NCBI RefSeq assembly: GCF_000372725.1
Contig: NW_005201392.1
Location: forward strand, 723,660 to 787,659
Origin: Emiliania huxleyi CCMP1516
Lineage: Eukaryota
DNA length: 64,000 bases
Direction: 5' to 3'
The notes under the pieces are model-generated. The model saw nothing but the letters and a program-made list of their open reading frames with translations. It searched no databases and was not told the origin of the DNA. Both the position numbers and the translations under genes were made by a program. This document shows, piece after piece, positions 28,324 to 40,777 of this stretch. Numbering within the stretch: position 1 is the stretch's first letter; every line of letters starts with the position of its first letter.

Positions 28324-31135
28324 TCAGTCCGCCTTTGCCCTCGCTTTCTTTGGCCGCTTCGCCACCCCATTGGCGCCTCCGCCGCCGCCCTCGCCGCCGC
28401 CGCCGCTCCACGCGCGCTTGGCGACCGCCTTGCGAGAGCGCGGCTTGACCGCGATCGCCTTTCGCTTTTGCTTGCGCATTGGTTGCAGCCGGAGCATCCA
28501 GTCCGGCACACCGCAGCCGCTCGCCTTCATCACGTTTGCGATGGAGCGCAGCTGCTCGACGTCCTGCTCCGGGGGAGGGGGAAAGGCGGGTGAACGAACG
28601 ACCGCCCCACTCCACCTCTCTGCCGCGAGGGTGCCGTCGCTCCATCTCTCTGCCAGGGTCCGCTCCATCTCTCTGCCCAGGGGTTGGCCGTGTGCTCCGG
28701 GGGCGTCGGGTGGCCAGTCGTGGAATGTGCGCTGGGGCGGTCGGGCCACACTGGGCCGCGCTTCCTGCTCGGTGAAGAAGGTGACGGCCTTGCCCCGCAT
28801 GCCTGCGCGGCCGGTGCGGCCGATGCGGTGGATGTACGAGACGGTCGTCTGCGGGAAGTCAAAGTTGACCACCAGTTTGACGCCCTTGAAGTCCATCCCG
28901 CGCGCCTACGAGGAGGGTCCTAGAGGGGTCCTAGAGGGCCCCTAGAGCAACCCCTCGAAGTCCATCCCGCGCGCCATCAACTCCGTGGCGATGAGCACCC
29001 AGACCTGCCCCTTGCGGAACTGGTCCACAATCGCGTCGCGCTGCGCCTGCGACGGCTCGGCGTGGGGAGGCGGAGGGGAGGGAGGCGGTGGAGAGGGAGG
29101 CGGTGGAGAGGGAGGCGGCGAGCTTGGAGGCGGCGGGCGATCGAGGAGGCGGGCACGGTGGCGGTGGAGGGGTGGGGGTGGTGAGGGTGGTGAAGGTGGC
29201 GGTGGGGGCGGTGAGGGTGGTGAGGGTGGCGGAGGAGGGGGTGGCGGAGGAGGGGGTGGCGGAGGAGGAGGGTGGCGGAGGAGGAGGGTGGCGGAGGGGG
29301 TGGCGGAGGAGGAGGGTGGCGGAGGAGGCGGCGGCGGGCGGGAGCCTGCGAGCGGTCTGCGTGGATCGCCTCGACGCGCAGCCCGTCCAGCACGAGCTCA
29401 TGGAAGAGCTGCACCGCGCGCTCCTGTGCGGCGGCGAGCGCTCGAGCTGAGGGTCTCGGCGGAGGGAGCTGGGAGCTACCCCCCCCCCCCCAACCCCCCC
29501 CCTTTTTTTGGCGGCGCCGTGGACTGCACAAAGATGAGCACCGGCTGATCTCGGGTGATCTCGGGTGATCTCGGGTCATCTCGCCTTGGACTGCACGAAG
29601 ATGAGCACCGGCGGCTGGATGCCCTGTCTTATCATCTGCCGCAGCGCGAGCATCTTGCCGTCCTCGCGGCCGACGAAGACGAGGGACTGCTCGACCGTCT
29701 CGGCCGCCGCGTTCTTCTCGCCCACCACCACCCGCACCGGCTGCCGCAGCACCGTGTCTGCGAGCGACTCGATGGCGGGGAGCATCGTCGCCGAGAAGAG
29801 GGCGCGGCTGACTTCGGCGTGCGAGCAGGCGGCGAGCAGCGTGTCGACCTGCTCGAGGAAGCCCAGCTCGAGCAGCTTGTCGGCCTCGTCGAGGACGAGC
29901 AGCCGAACCTCCTGCGGCCGGCGGTGGAGGGCGGCGCTGGCGGCGCTGGCGGCGCTGGCGGCGCTGGCGGCGCTGGCGGCGCTGGCGGCGCTGGCGGCGC
30001 TGGTGGCGCTGGCGGCGGGGGCGGCGCTGGCGGCGGGGGCGGCGGGGGCGGCGGGGGCGGCGGGGGCGGCGGGGGCGGCGGGGGCGGCGGGGGCGGCGGG
30101 GGCGGCAGGACGGGGGCTGGGGGGCGGGGGCTGGAGGGTGGGGACGCAAGGCGGGGTTGGCGGGTGGCGGAGGGAGGGGATGCAAGGCGGGGTGCTGCGA
30201 GGGTGCTGCGAGGGTGCTGCGAAGGTGCTGCGAAGGTGCTGCGAGGGTGCTATCGCGACCTGCAGAGGCAGCAGCCCTCTGTCGACCAGGCCGACCAGCC
30301 TCAGAGGTGTCGAGACGACGACGTCATACTTGACCAAGGAGGGCGCGCCGCCGCCGCCGCCGCCGCCGCCGCGCGCCTCCGCGAGCGCCGCGGTCACCAT
30401 CTTGCGCGTCAGCAGCGCCACGCTCACCTTCCCGCCCGCTGCCAGCTTGAGCACCTCGCGGTGCGTCTGCCTCGCCAGCTCTTGCGTCGGCGCAACCAGC
30501 ACGGCGCGAGGGCCGCGCGGCGCGCCGCCGCCGCCGCCGCGCCGCCGCGCCGAGGAGCCGAGCCGCTGCAGCATCGGGACCACGAAGGCGGCCGTCTTTC
30601 CCGACCCCGTCGGCGCACACGCGAGGAGCTCTCGGCCGGCGAGCAGCGCGGGCACTGCCTGCATCTGCACCCTCGTCAGCTCGTGGTAGCCGGCCGTCAT
30701 CATGTTTTGGTAGAGGTACGGCCGCAGCCCGTGCGCCTCCGACAGCTGGTGCGCGGACTGCGCCAGGGGAGGCACGTCGTTGCCGTACGCGTGGATCCGC
30801 AGCGCCTTGCGCAGCTGGTTTGCCTCAGCGACCGCTCGGGCGCTGCTGGCGGGTGCGGCCGAGGCGGCGGCGGGCTCATCGTCGGCCGCAGGCTCAACGG
30901 TGGCCGCAGCGCCCTTCCGACCGCGGCGGCGTGGCTGTCGTCCGGAGGGCGCCGCGGAGTCGGAGGCTGCGGCGGTGGCGGCCGGAGCGGGAGCGGCGGC
31001 GGCATCGCCAAAGAAGTCGAGCGAGGTAGTCTCAAGCTGCGCGGGCGGGCGAAGAGCTGGCTCCTGTGCGTTGGTGCTCCTGCTCGCCCTCTTGAAGCGG
31101 CAGCCGGCGGATAGGCTGAAGCCGCCGCCAGTCAT
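28324..31135 (-). CDS. DDX52: DEAD-box RNA helicase DDX52/ROK1, multi-exon
   Basis: Motifs Q (VQMQA), [51 protein letters not shown] and [12 protein letters not shown]. The C-terminal [19 protein letters not shown] is typical of ROK1/DDX52. Confidence 0.92.
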
Positions 31136-31787
31136 GGCGCGGATGTGGAGCGACTGGTGGAGCGACTGGAGCTGGTCCACGTCGTCGCTGGCCGATGCGG
31201 TAAATAGCCAGGCTATGCGGTCCATACGTGCTGCGGGTGAGCTCTCCCTTCAGCACGCCACAAGCACGCAGGGGCAGCAGTGATAGGGCTTCAAACGCGG
31301 ACTCAGGGGAGCACGGCGCTGGCGTGGGCGAGCAACTAGCTCTCCCGCGCGTTCCGGCAAGCGCGGCCCGCGGTGTTTGTTGCCCAGACAGAGAGTCGTT
31401 TCGTCCGCAAGTTTTTTCTGCATGGCTCTGCGGCCGCGCAACTCACAGGCAGCCTCCCTGCCTCAGCTGTTACAGGCGCCATTTTCCCTCCCTGCTCGCG
31501 GCCTGTCGAGGGCGCACGAGGAAAGTCACGGCTCGGATTTCACGCCCCGGCGGGGGGGTGTTACAAGTGGTGCCTCATGCCAGTTTCGGGGGTCAAACCC
31601 TGCCCGCCCCCTAGGACCCCGGGCGGCACCGGCGCGTAGCCACCGCTAGGATCTGCCAAGCAAGGATTGCTAGCAGCCGGCCAGGCGCACAGTCCACAGC
31701 GAGGGCGCTCCCAATCGCTCCAGCCGCGAGCGCCTGTGAGCGCGCCGGGAGGGTCTGCTCTCCTCACAATCCATCGGAGCGCCCTTC

Positions 31788-31890
31788 TTAAATAAATAAA
31801 TAAATACAACGGACACGCCAAACGAGGGGTGGGAGAAGGACAGGGTCCCCACCTGCACGAGCAGGATCTTGTAAGGACGATCAGGGACAC
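31788..31890 (-). repeat. Dispersed repeat end with (TTA/TTTA)n tail
   Basis: GGACAGGGTCCCCACCTGCACGAGCAGGAT..TG.AAGGACGATCAGGG has an inverted copy at 19740-19790. Confidence 0.65.
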
Positions 31891-32072
31891 CGGGGAACGG
31901 GAGCGGGGAGCGCATCGCGACACGGAGGGGGGCTGGGCAGGGTTCACCCTCACGACAGGGTCCCAGGGATTCCTCTCTCGCCCTTCTTTGCGACGGCTAG
32001 ATCGCGAGACGATTTCTTTTCCTCGGCGGGTTCGGAAAGGGGGTCCGTGAGATCCTCCGGAGAGCGGCGGAC

Positions 32073-32370
32073 GTGCTACAGAACAAGCTGACGCGGGCCC
32101 AGTACCTCGATGAGGTGACTTGGACCACCAAGAGCTGGCTGGGGCTGCAGAAGCAGCGCATCTCAGTCGTTCTTCACACGGCCATCGCAGAGCAGGTCGT
32201 GAATGAGCTTGCCTGTGGCGGGGGTGGGCGGGTGCACGGAGCTAAGTGCCTCGCCACCCTCGCAGGAGTCGCTTAGGCGGCTCCCGTGGTGTACCTGTGT
32301 TCGTGCCAGTGCGCGCCAGTCCAGTGCCCAGTGTTGTGCGAGGGAGTTTTGTTGTAAGATTCTTTTCCTC
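32073..32370 (+). mobile_element. 5'-truncated non-LTR retrotransposon remnant (CRE-like ORF C-terminus plus 3' UTR)
   Basis: Peptide SWLGLQKQRISVVLHTAIA resembles the QRLSVAxQRGNA C-terminal helix of RLE-bearing CRE-clade elements. The stop and UTR (AGGAGTCGCTTAGGCGGCTCC) are repeated exactly at 56213. Confidence 0.55.
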
Positions 32371-32373
32371 GCG

Positions 32374-33786
32374 ATGTCCACCCCTTCGCGCCGCCGCTCG
32401 CGCCGCCTCGCCTCCGCCTCCACCGCCGCCCCCTCGCCAGACGCGCCGCCGCCCGCCCGCCTGCTCGACCTCCCCAGGGAGCTCCTCGTGCGCGCCCTCT
32501 CTCGCTGCGACCCCGCCGACATCGCTCGCGTCGCGGCCGTCTCGCTGCTCTTCCACGCCTCGCTTGCGCTGGAGGCCATCCGCTTGTGGGCGCGAGAGCG
32601 CGGCTTCGAGCTGCCGGCGCAGCCCGAGGGCGAGAGCTGCGCCGTGCGGTGGCTGTGCCTCGCTGCGTTGCTGCGCGAGTCCAACCCGCCGGCGAGGGCG
32701 GCTGCAGGCGAACGGCACAGCCTCTTCATCGACGGCGAGGGGCGGCTCTCGTCGTGCGGAAAGGCTGAGAGCTGGACGCCGGGACTGCTCGGGCACGGCG
32801 AGGGGGTGACGCGGCTCAACTCGCCGACACGCCTCCCTTCCCCGCTGGGCGGCGAGCGCGCCATGAGTGTGACGGCGGGAGCTGCGCACAGCCTTGCCCT
32901 CGCCGCCGGCGGCGGCGTCTGGAGCTGGGGCTGTGCGGTCGAAGGCCAGCTCGGCCACGGCGACGACCAGACCCAGCTGCTGCCCAAGAAGGTCGAGGCG
33001 TTGGCGGGGCAGCGGGCCATCGCTGTGTCGGCTGGAACCGCGTACAACCTCGCCCTGACCACCGACGGCGCTCTCTGGAGCTGGGGCGAGGGAGGCTTTG
33101 GCCAGCTGGGCCACGGCGACCAGCAGAGCCAGCCGCTGCCGAAGAACATCGAGGGGTTGGCAGTCCAGCGCGTCGTCGCTGTGTCGGCTGGAGCCCGGCA
33201 CAGCCTCGCCCTCACCGCCGACGGCGCCGTCTGGAGCTGGGGCGGTGGAGGTGGGGGCAAGCTGGGCCACGGCGGCGAGCAGAACCAGCTGCTGCCAAAG
33301 AAGGTCGAGGCGTTGGCTGGCCAGCGCGTCGTCGCTTTCGCGGCTGGAGGCTTCCATAGCCTCGCCCTCACCGCCGACGGCGCTGTCTGGAGCTGGGGTT
33401 GGGGACATGATGGCCAGCTGGGCCACGGCGACCAGCAGATCCAGCTGCTGCCCAAGAAGGTCGAGGCGTTGGCGGGTCAGCGCGTCGTCACCGTGTCGGC
33501 TGGGCCCTACCATAGCCTCTGCCTCACCGCCGATGGCGCTCTCTGGAGCTGGGGCGAAGGAGCCCTTGGCAAGTTGGGCCACGGCGCCGCGCAGAACCAG
33601 TCGCTGCCGAAGAAGGTCGAGGCCTTCGCTGGCCAGCGCGTCAACGCTGTGTCGGCGGGAGGGTCGCACAGCCTCGCCCTCACCGCCGACGGCGCCTTCT
33701 TTACCTGGGGCCACGGCGGCCACGGCTCCCTAGGCCACGGAGAGGACCTGTCCAACCAGCTGCTGCCCAAGAAGATCGAATCGTGA
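32374..33786 (+). CDS. RCC1/UVR8-like repeat protein with N-terminal F-box-like motif; intronless
   Basis: LLDLPRELLVRALS F-box-like motif followed by 7 RCC1 repeats (HSLALTADGAVWSWG...GQLGHG). Confidence 0.92.
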   Translation: MSTPSRRRSRRLASASTAAPSPDAPPPARLLDLPRELLVRALSRCDPADIARVAAVSLLFHASLALEAIRLWARERGFELPAQPEGESCAVRWLCLAALLRESNPPARAAAGERHSLFIDGEGRLSSCGKAESWTPGLLGHGEGVTRLNSPTRLPSPLGGERAMSVTAGAAHSLALAAGGGVWSWGCAVEGQLGHGDDQTQLLPKKVEALAGQRAIAVSAGTAYNLALTTDGALWSWGEGGFGQLGHGDQQSQPLPKNIEGLAVQRVVAVSAGARHSLALTADGAVWSWGGGGGGKLGHGGEQNQLLPKKVEALAGQRVVAFAAGGFHSLALTADGAVWSWGWGHDGQLGHGDQQIQLLPKKVEALAGQRVVTVSAGPYHSLCLTADGALWSWGEGALGKLGHGAAQNQSLPKKVEAFAGQRVNAVSAGGSHSLALTADGAFFTWGHGGHGSLGHGEDLSNQLLPKKIES

Positions 33787-34154
33787 TTCGTGTGCATGCG
33801 ATTACGATTAATTCAGCGGTCTGCGCCTGCGGGCCCTGCGGGCGCGAAACAGACTGTGCGCATAACCTTAATGCTTATTTAGAGATAAGAGTGTTATTGG
33901 GGGTTAACGGTTTCTTTTTTCGAACGAGCCGAGAGCTACACTGGACCCCCCCCGGGGGACAGTGACACTGACGAATCCACCACACAACACTCTCTGGCTC
34001 TGACTCACAGACTGCTCACAGGACCCCGCGGCACACTGTCGTGTGAAAGAGGGGTTAAAATAATTGTAAAAAAATCTCGTTTTGCTCCCGGTACAGGAGA
34101 GCTCAGCGCTAGTGTCGAGGGGTATAGAGCTCTAGCCGACAAGCCCAAGCCTAC

Positions 34155-34744
34155 ATGGCCGAGGCTCGCAGCACAATGGGCGCCGCTGCCATTCCTGCCG
34201 CAAAGCCACTTGCGACCTACGACGACGCGATTCAGTCGCAGCGCATTATGACCGCGTTCTTCGAGCTCGAGATCACCGGCGACTTTGAGGCGCTCAAGGC
34301 GGCAGTGAATGAGTGGACGGCCTGCGAGCGCAGCAAGTGCCCGGGCACAAATGCGCAGGAGTTCTACATTAGTGGCGACAAGAAAAAAATGTACCTCCTC
34401 GAGACCTTCGACGACGAGGACGCGCAGGTGCAACACAAATGGGTGGGATCGAGACGCACTGCAGTATGCGCCGAGCTATTATTGGATCGAGGCGCACCAC
34501 CCAAAGCTTAGTTTTCCAGCAACCTTTGTTCGTCGACCCTCAGGCGCATCACTGCATGGCCTTCGCCGACCCGGCTCTGACAGGAACAGGGTTCGCCTCG
34601 ATGAACAAGCATGTGAAGTGGATCGGCTGGAAGTACTTTGGGAATCTGACGCCGGCTGTGAAGGAGCGCATCCCGCCCATCGAGGCCGCGCTCGGCATTC
34701 AGTGCACGATTTTCCCTGCCCTCGGAGGCTTCCGGAAGAAGTGA
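34155..34744 (+). CDS. Small ABM/dimeric alpha-beta-barrel-like protein; intron 34428-34543
   Basis: A GT-AG intron joins ORFs 34155.. and ..34744. The pattern PGT..QEFYIS.D...YLLETF.DEDA..HH resembles putative quinol monooxygenases. Confidence 0.6.
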
Positions 34745-37002
34745 GGGCACCCTTCCGTGACGCGTGAGCGATAGGCGAAAACTGGAGGTTTTGGCGGCCG
34801 GCGCCAAAAGTCGCCGCGCGTGTCTGGCAGACAGTCGAAGTCTGGTCGGACGGACTTAGAGCACCCTCCTCACACTCTGTTCTACAGCGTATGTGGCGGG
34901 TCTAGCTGCTCTAGCTTCGTTATACAAGCGTCTAGGAGGTGTGTCATTATTTTCGAGCCTGAAGAGTGAAGTCTCTCAGACTCTCTGACAGAGCTCTGCC
35001 GCAGTGAAACCACCCCGGGGCCAACCCGCTTCGGTTTCGTCGGTTCCAAGTGCACTAGGAACCCACGAAACCCGAAAAGAAAACGTGTACCCCCCTTCGA
35101 GTGTATCTTGAGTGTTGCTATGGAGCGTCCGGTTCAACGGTAAGGCCCAGTTGTGGCCTAGGGCATCAGAAGGGACCAAGAGGAGTCCAGTCTGAGCCAT
35201 AGAGCCCATGTCTTTGCCCCCGAAGGTCGCGTTCAAATGCCCGGAACGGACGTTACAGTGGTGTCCGGCTGGCGCGATCACCGAGCTGTGACGCTCAGGG
35301 AAGCCCGATGAGGTACTGGTTTCTTTGCCCAGGGCTGGCCTTCCCCCCAGGCTGGATCAGCTGAGCAAGGTTTGGGGAGAATCCTATATTGGGATCTTCA
35401 TTCAGATATATTGACGGATGGCCGAAAATGGGCAAAAACGGGGTGATTTTGGTCCCCTCGCCGGCATTGCGGTGCGATGCAAAGAAGAAGCAGCTCCACC
35501 GACGAGGACGCGCCCGACAACGACAAAAAAGAGGTCCGGCATCACCATCTCTCTCTCACCGCAACTCATCTCAATCTCAACAACCCCGAACCGACGAGAG
35601 GGAAAGCATGCTTCGAAACTGACAACTGACTCATCCCTGGTCTCCTGCCACCAGCCTTACCCCGTCTGCCTCCATACCGCTTTGCTACAGCATACACCCC
35701 GGCTCGGCTCCCACCCCGGCTCGGAGTTGCTTTCGCCGCTTCGGGGCCATGTTGCTTGGAAAAAAACGAAAAAAAACGTATGTAAATAATGTCGGTCAAT
35801 ACCTCGCAGTACGCAGAGGACGCGAGGGGCGACGGAGAGGAGTAAGGACAGGCGGAGAGCTGTGGTCGACCCACGCAGTACGACGGTGCGGAGTCGGAAA
35901 GCACGGAATAGAAGCTCACCGCTCCCGCGCTCCCCCCCTCTGCTCGAGCTGGCCAGTTGTCGGCTCGAGCAGCAGGGCTCATAGGTCTGGGAGGCGCGGC
36001 TTTAGCCTATGCAACTTGGCACAAGACCAGTCCAAGCCCTCTCACCCGGCGCCCGGCGCGGCGGAGCAAGACCAGTCCAAGCCCTGTCACCCGCATTCCC
36101 CTGCCACCCCATCCACCTCACTCATACACCTGGTCGCATCTGGTCGCACCACCGGCGCGGCGGAGTGCAACTACGGCACCAAAGGCCAGCTGGCCGAGGG
36201 CGCCGCACCAAGAGAGTCATATTTTCCTGCATGGCGGTTCATCCTCTATCATTGCGCACGCAATGATACGTGGCGAGAGCCAACTACTAACAAGACGCGT
36301 TGGGAGAACTTAATAGACTCGGAATTCAACCGTCGCAAGGAGAAGTGTTGAACTTGACCTACAAAGATAGTCCGACTGTACACGAGAGGGAAATGATAAA
36401 AACAAGTCTGTTGTTTGCCAGTTTTTGTGGATTCAGTCACGCGCGCCACGGCCAACGTCGACGACGCCGGCGCTGGTCGCTTCCGCGTCGAGCCGGAGGG
36501 CCTGACCCAAAGAGGGGTCGGACTATGAAGTGAATAATATGGAAGTACCCCTTGAGGTCACCGCGCAATATGCTTCTGCAGCTGGAGGTCGTAATGTGAA
36601 TCGTAACGTGAACCGTGCCGTAGATTGTCCAATCACGTATATGAGGTTGTACTCTGTACATCTGACCACAGTGTGCGCACCCGACAGAGATCAGAGAGAC
36701 GGGAGCCCAGAACGACGCCAGAAGCCGCGCGCGCCGGCCGCTTTTGGTGGGGCCCGCCTCAGGCATCCCCAAGGGAGCCTCTGCGGTGCCACATAAGCAG
36801 CTTAGTGATTGTCGAGACTTTAAGTGTTTCGTTTGAAGAAACGGGGGGGGGGGGGGGGGCACTCCGCTCAGCTTAACGCCCTGTTAACGCCCAGTCCCCC
36901 CTCGTACGCGCAGGCGCGGGCGCCGCGCTCCTCGCGACCAACCTCCCGGCGCCGCTCGCGGCTCTCCGCTCGGACGCGGAGACGGAGACGGCCGACACGA
37001 TC

Positions 37003-38526
37003 ATGGGCGAGGCGCCGAAGGACTCGTCCGAGGCTGCGGATAGCGCCGAGAGCCCCGTCACGTTGAAGAGCATCATGGCCGAGTTCGCGGCGTTCAAGAG
37101 CGACATGCAGAAGAAGGACGCGGCGTTCAAGGAGGAGATGATGAAGAAGGAGCAGGAGGTGCAGAAGAAGGACGAGGAGACGCAGAAGAAGGACAAGGCG
37201 TTCAAGGAGGAGATGAAGAAGAAGGACGCGGCGTTCAAGGAGGAGATGAAGAAGAAGGACGCGGCGTTCAAGGAGGAGATGCAGAAGAAGGACGAGATGA
37301 TCGCCGAGCTACTCGCCGCGCGCAAGACGGACCACAAGCAGGTCCAGATGTCGGCCGGCGGCGAGGTGGTCGAGCTGGTGAGCGCCGCGGACCTCAAGGT
37401 GCTGGAGGCGCGCGTGGAGGCGTACGAAGCGCGGCTCGCCGCGCAGGACGCCAAGATTGGCGCGCTCCGCGACAAGCCGGCCCCGCCCAACCCGCCGGCG
37501 GCCGCGGCTCGCCCGCCGGCAGCGGCGCGGCGGCAGCTCTCCTCCGCGACTGGCGACGAGACCGAGGTCGCCATCACGGGGAGGAGGGCGACGCTCTCCT
37601 TCAACAGCCGCACGCTTGACCTGACGCCGACCCGCCTGACCGGCGAGGGGGACGGCAAGCTGACGTGCAGCGGCGAGCTGCACGCGACGGACTTTGTCAC
37701 GGCGGAGGGAGGAAGCCTCGTGGAGCAGTTCGAGTCGCTTCGGAGGTTTGTGGGCATGGTGCCGCCGTCGCCGCCGTCGACGCCGCCGACATCGCCGCCC
37801 ACGCCGCCGCCCACGCCGCCACTCCAGCCGCCGCCATCACCGCTTCATCCCTTTGCGCTGCCGGCTGGCGCAAACGCGTGGTACCGAATGGGCGAGTTTG
37901 ACCTCACGGCGCGCCTCTGGCCGGACGCGAGCGGCAGCAGCAACGCGGCGACGCTGTCGGGCGACGGGTTCTCGCGAGTTCGCGAGAGCGGCAACGGTTC
38001 GCCGTGGTTCGTAACTGCGCTGCAAGGCGGCACGTCCTCGGTGATCCGGTTCGGACCCGGCCGCATCATCGAGAGCGAGTTCACCATCTGCTCGGTGACG
38101 AGGTACACCGGAGGGCTCAAGCGCCGGATCCTTGACGGGGGTGAAGAAAACTGGCTCCACGGACATCATAGTGGTCACGTCGGCGTGGCGCACTACAGCG
38201 GCTGGAAGACCTCTCCTCAGGGACTGAACGACTCCCCCGACACGGACTGGGTCGTCATTTGTGGCACGAACGCGGGATCGCAGCTGAAGCTCGTGAATGG
38301 CGCGAACGTGGGCACATCAGATGGCGGCTCAGGCGACACGTCGCTCTGGGTCAACGGCGGTCTAGTTAAGTCAGAAAGCTCCGACTTTGCCATCGCGGAG
38401 CTCATCGTGTGGCCGCGCGGGCTGGCGAGCGCCGAGATGTACGCGGCGGCGTCCCATCTGAGCCGCAACGTGCTCGGCGCCTTCCCGCCGCCCTCGCCGC
38501 CGCCGACTCCTCCGTCGGTTCCCTGA
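37003..38526 (+). CDS. Coiled-coil (11-aa repeat) + Pro-rich + concanavalin A/LamG-like domain protein; intronless
   Basis: KKDAAFKEEM repeats (33 bp) and PPSPP linkers. The domain WPDASG...FTICSVTRY...NWLHGH...SDFAIAELIVW.R.L resembles ConA-like folds. Confidence 0.75.
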   Translation: MGEAPKDSSEAADSAESPVTLKSIMAEFAAFKSDMQKKDAAFKEEMMKKEQEVQKKDEETQKKDKAFKEEMKKKDAAFKEEMKKKDAAFKEEMQKKDEMIAELLAARKTDHKQVQMSAGGEVVELVSAADLKVLEARVEAYEARLAAQDAKIGALRDKPAPPNPPAAAARPPAAARRQLSSATGDETEVAITGRRATLSFNSRTLDLTPTRLTGEGDGKLTCSGELHATDFVTAEGGSLVEQFESLRRFVGMVPPSPPSTPPTSPPTPPPTPPLQPPPSPLHPFALPAGANAWYRMGEFDLTARLWPDASGSSNAATLSGDGFSRVRESGNGSPWFVTALQGGTSSVIRFGPGRIIESEFTICSVTRYTGGLKRRILDGGEENWLHGHHSGHVGVAHYSGWKTSPQGLNDSPDTDWVVICGTNAGSQLKLVNGANVGTSDGGSGDTSLWVNGGLVKSESSDFAIAELIVWPRGLASAEMYAAASHLSRNVLGAFPPPSPPPTPPSVP

Positions 38527-38552
38527 GTCTGAGAGCTGGTCTGGGGCAAAAT

Positions 38553-39456
38553 CTGAGGGAGGGTGTAGAGGATGTAGAGTGTAGAGCGCTGTAGAGCTGT
38601 AGAGATGTAGAGCGCTCTGGAGCGCTGTAGAGCTGTAGAGCTCTACATCGGCTGCGTGACGATGTGTCTCCCTCCGTTGTAGAGCGATGTAGAGCGCGAT
38701 TTTGTTGTAGAGCTTGTTGTAGAGGCTCTACAGCCAAACCGCCGGGAAGGCAGTGACTCAAAGAGGTCGAGTCGCACTAATGGGGTGTCTCCGAGCTTAC
38801 TGGAGCTCTGATGGACGGCCCTGACTATCCCTGACACACAGAGAGTCACTCTGACGGCACACAACCTCACCCTATAACTGCGTCATGACCAGCCTGCCAT
38901 GCGTCGCCGGTGCCGCATTCGTCGCTGTGCTTCTTTAGCAGGCGGCGGACTGTCGGCTGCGAGGACGGTCGCATTTGCGCGACCGCGAGGCGAGGCGAGC
39001 ATTCAGACGCGTTGCATGCGCCATGACTCGCGCCAGCGCGTGCGGGAGCTCCTGGCTGAGCGTTGAGTCCAAGCGAGTTGCGCTGGCCACGATCGCTACG
39101 CCGAGCCGAGCTGACGCGCCGAGGCGCCGGCCAGTCGCAGCCGCGAGGCATGCCACAGCAGCAGAGGCACCTGCCACCCATTGGGCGGGCAGACAGAAGG
39201 CCAGGGCAGCACTGGAGGGTGCAACGCGCCTCATGTCGGAGAGCGACCGTGCCTCGTTCGCCGCTTATGATGTAGAGTTTGTTGTAGAGATTTCACGTTG
39301 TAGAGCGCCTCTACATCTCTCTACAACGGAGGCAGTTCGTCACGCGGTGGATGTAGAGCTCTACAGCTCTACATTGCTCTACAGCGCTCCAGAGCGCTCT
39401 ACATCTCTACAGCTCTACAGCGCTCTACACTCTACATCCTCTACACCCTCCCTCAG
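38553..39456. mobile_element. hAT-like MITE, copy 2 (904 bp), inverted relative to copy 1
   Basis: Same TIR as 12185-13055. Exact 8-bp TSD GGCAAAAT (38545-38552, 39457-39464). The internal sequence is highly similar in reverse complement. Confidence 0.92.
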
Positions 39457-39651
39457 GGCAAAATCTGAGGCAAAATCGAGGAAACCGGCAACATCCCGGG
39501 CCTTTACCAGGTATACCCGGGTTTTTCCAGGTATACCCGCAAAAATACCCGGTATTTTGCCGATTTGGCTGATTTTGGGCCCAAACCAGCCTCAGACGGC
39601 TCAGAGCCCGGAAAATTTGATGGTTTCCCCGGGAAAATAGAGAGGATCAGT

Positions 39652-40448
39652 AACCAGCCTCCGGCGGGGCCCCCCGCTACCATCCAAACCCGAGTACCGG
39701 TCTACTATCATAGATATAGAGGCTCAAGTGTGACATGAGTCCACACACATACGACATACACATACACAAAGCAACTCTCACGACACACGGGCACCGGGTG
39801 GAGCGGCGGCGGCGGCGGCAGCGGCACGCGCGGGCGGACGGATTCGGACGGGGCGGAGCAGCGACCGCCTGGGCGGCCGCTGCTCTATCTGCCAGAGCGC
39901 GCCGTCTGCGCAGCGCCGTCAGGTGCACAGGGAAGCGTGGCGGCGCGGGGACGCGCGGCGGCGGTGGCGAGCAGGCGAGCGGCCCGCGCGCGGCGAGGCG
40001 GACAGGTGATCGGCAGGCGGGTGATGGGCCGGAGAGTGACCGCGCCGAGCGATCGGAGGCGAGCCGATCGTCGCTCGGCCGCAGCTGACCTCGAAGGCGT
40101 GCGGAGCGCGACTGTCGGTGTCGGAGGGCGGCCGTCATGTGGCGAGGAGGGAGGACGACAAGTGCGCGTCGCACGGGTCGCTCTTCATCGGCCAGTCGAG
40201 CGGACGGTAGCGTCGGTCAAAGTGAGGGCCGGTGTGGGCCGGTGAGGCCGGCGAGATTCGTTGCGAGATACGGTTCGCGCCCAAACAAGTTTGGACGCTC
40301 TGGGGACGCGCCGCAAAATCAAGCCCATGGAAAGGGGGCTTCTGGGGCGGCCAAATTCACACCTCGCGGGACTACTTATGTTTTCGTAAACGTAGTTGTG
40401 GCCCCCCGCTACGTCGCACGAGTGCAACCGGGTAGCGGGGGGCTAAAA
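39652..40448 (-). mobile_element. Helentron/HINE-like non-autonomous element
   Basis: 13-bp subterminal inverted repeat GCCCCCCGCTACC (39669-39681 / 40431-40443). An extra inverted copy at 40401-40412 forms a hairpin. A small stem-loop lies at 39654-39668, with T-runs at both ends on the minus strand. Confidence 0.55.
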
Positions 40449-40777
40449 GAGAGGGTGCTGTAGAGAAAAAAGGAAAGGAAAAGAGACGGGGTGCGAGAGG
40501 AAAAGTATATACAGCCCCCCCCCCCCCCTTTCGTTTTTGGGTTTCGCGTTTTTCGATTTCTTTTTCCAATGTTCGTGGTCAAGGTTCGTGGGCCCGCAAG
40601 ACAGCTTCCGAAGCCGGGCAAAAAAAGAGGGAAAAAAGAATTATAACGCGCGGGACTGGCTTTTTGTAACAAAACAAAGAAACAAGCGAGCCCACCGCGG
40701 GCGCGTCTGCCTGTCCGTGCCTGGTGCGCCAATCTCTGCCCACAGGTAGCGTTGTGCGAAGCGAGTTTTATTCGGTG

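Noticed and set aside
31600..31650. Helitron 3' end (hairpin plus CTAG)
   Set aside because: The stem is weak, CTAG is not followed by T, and no 5' end was identified.
34900..36900. Lower-GC region with short ORFs, suspected transposase or viral genes
   Set aside because: No recognisable motif or codon bias; probably decayed repeats that cannot be classified by eye.
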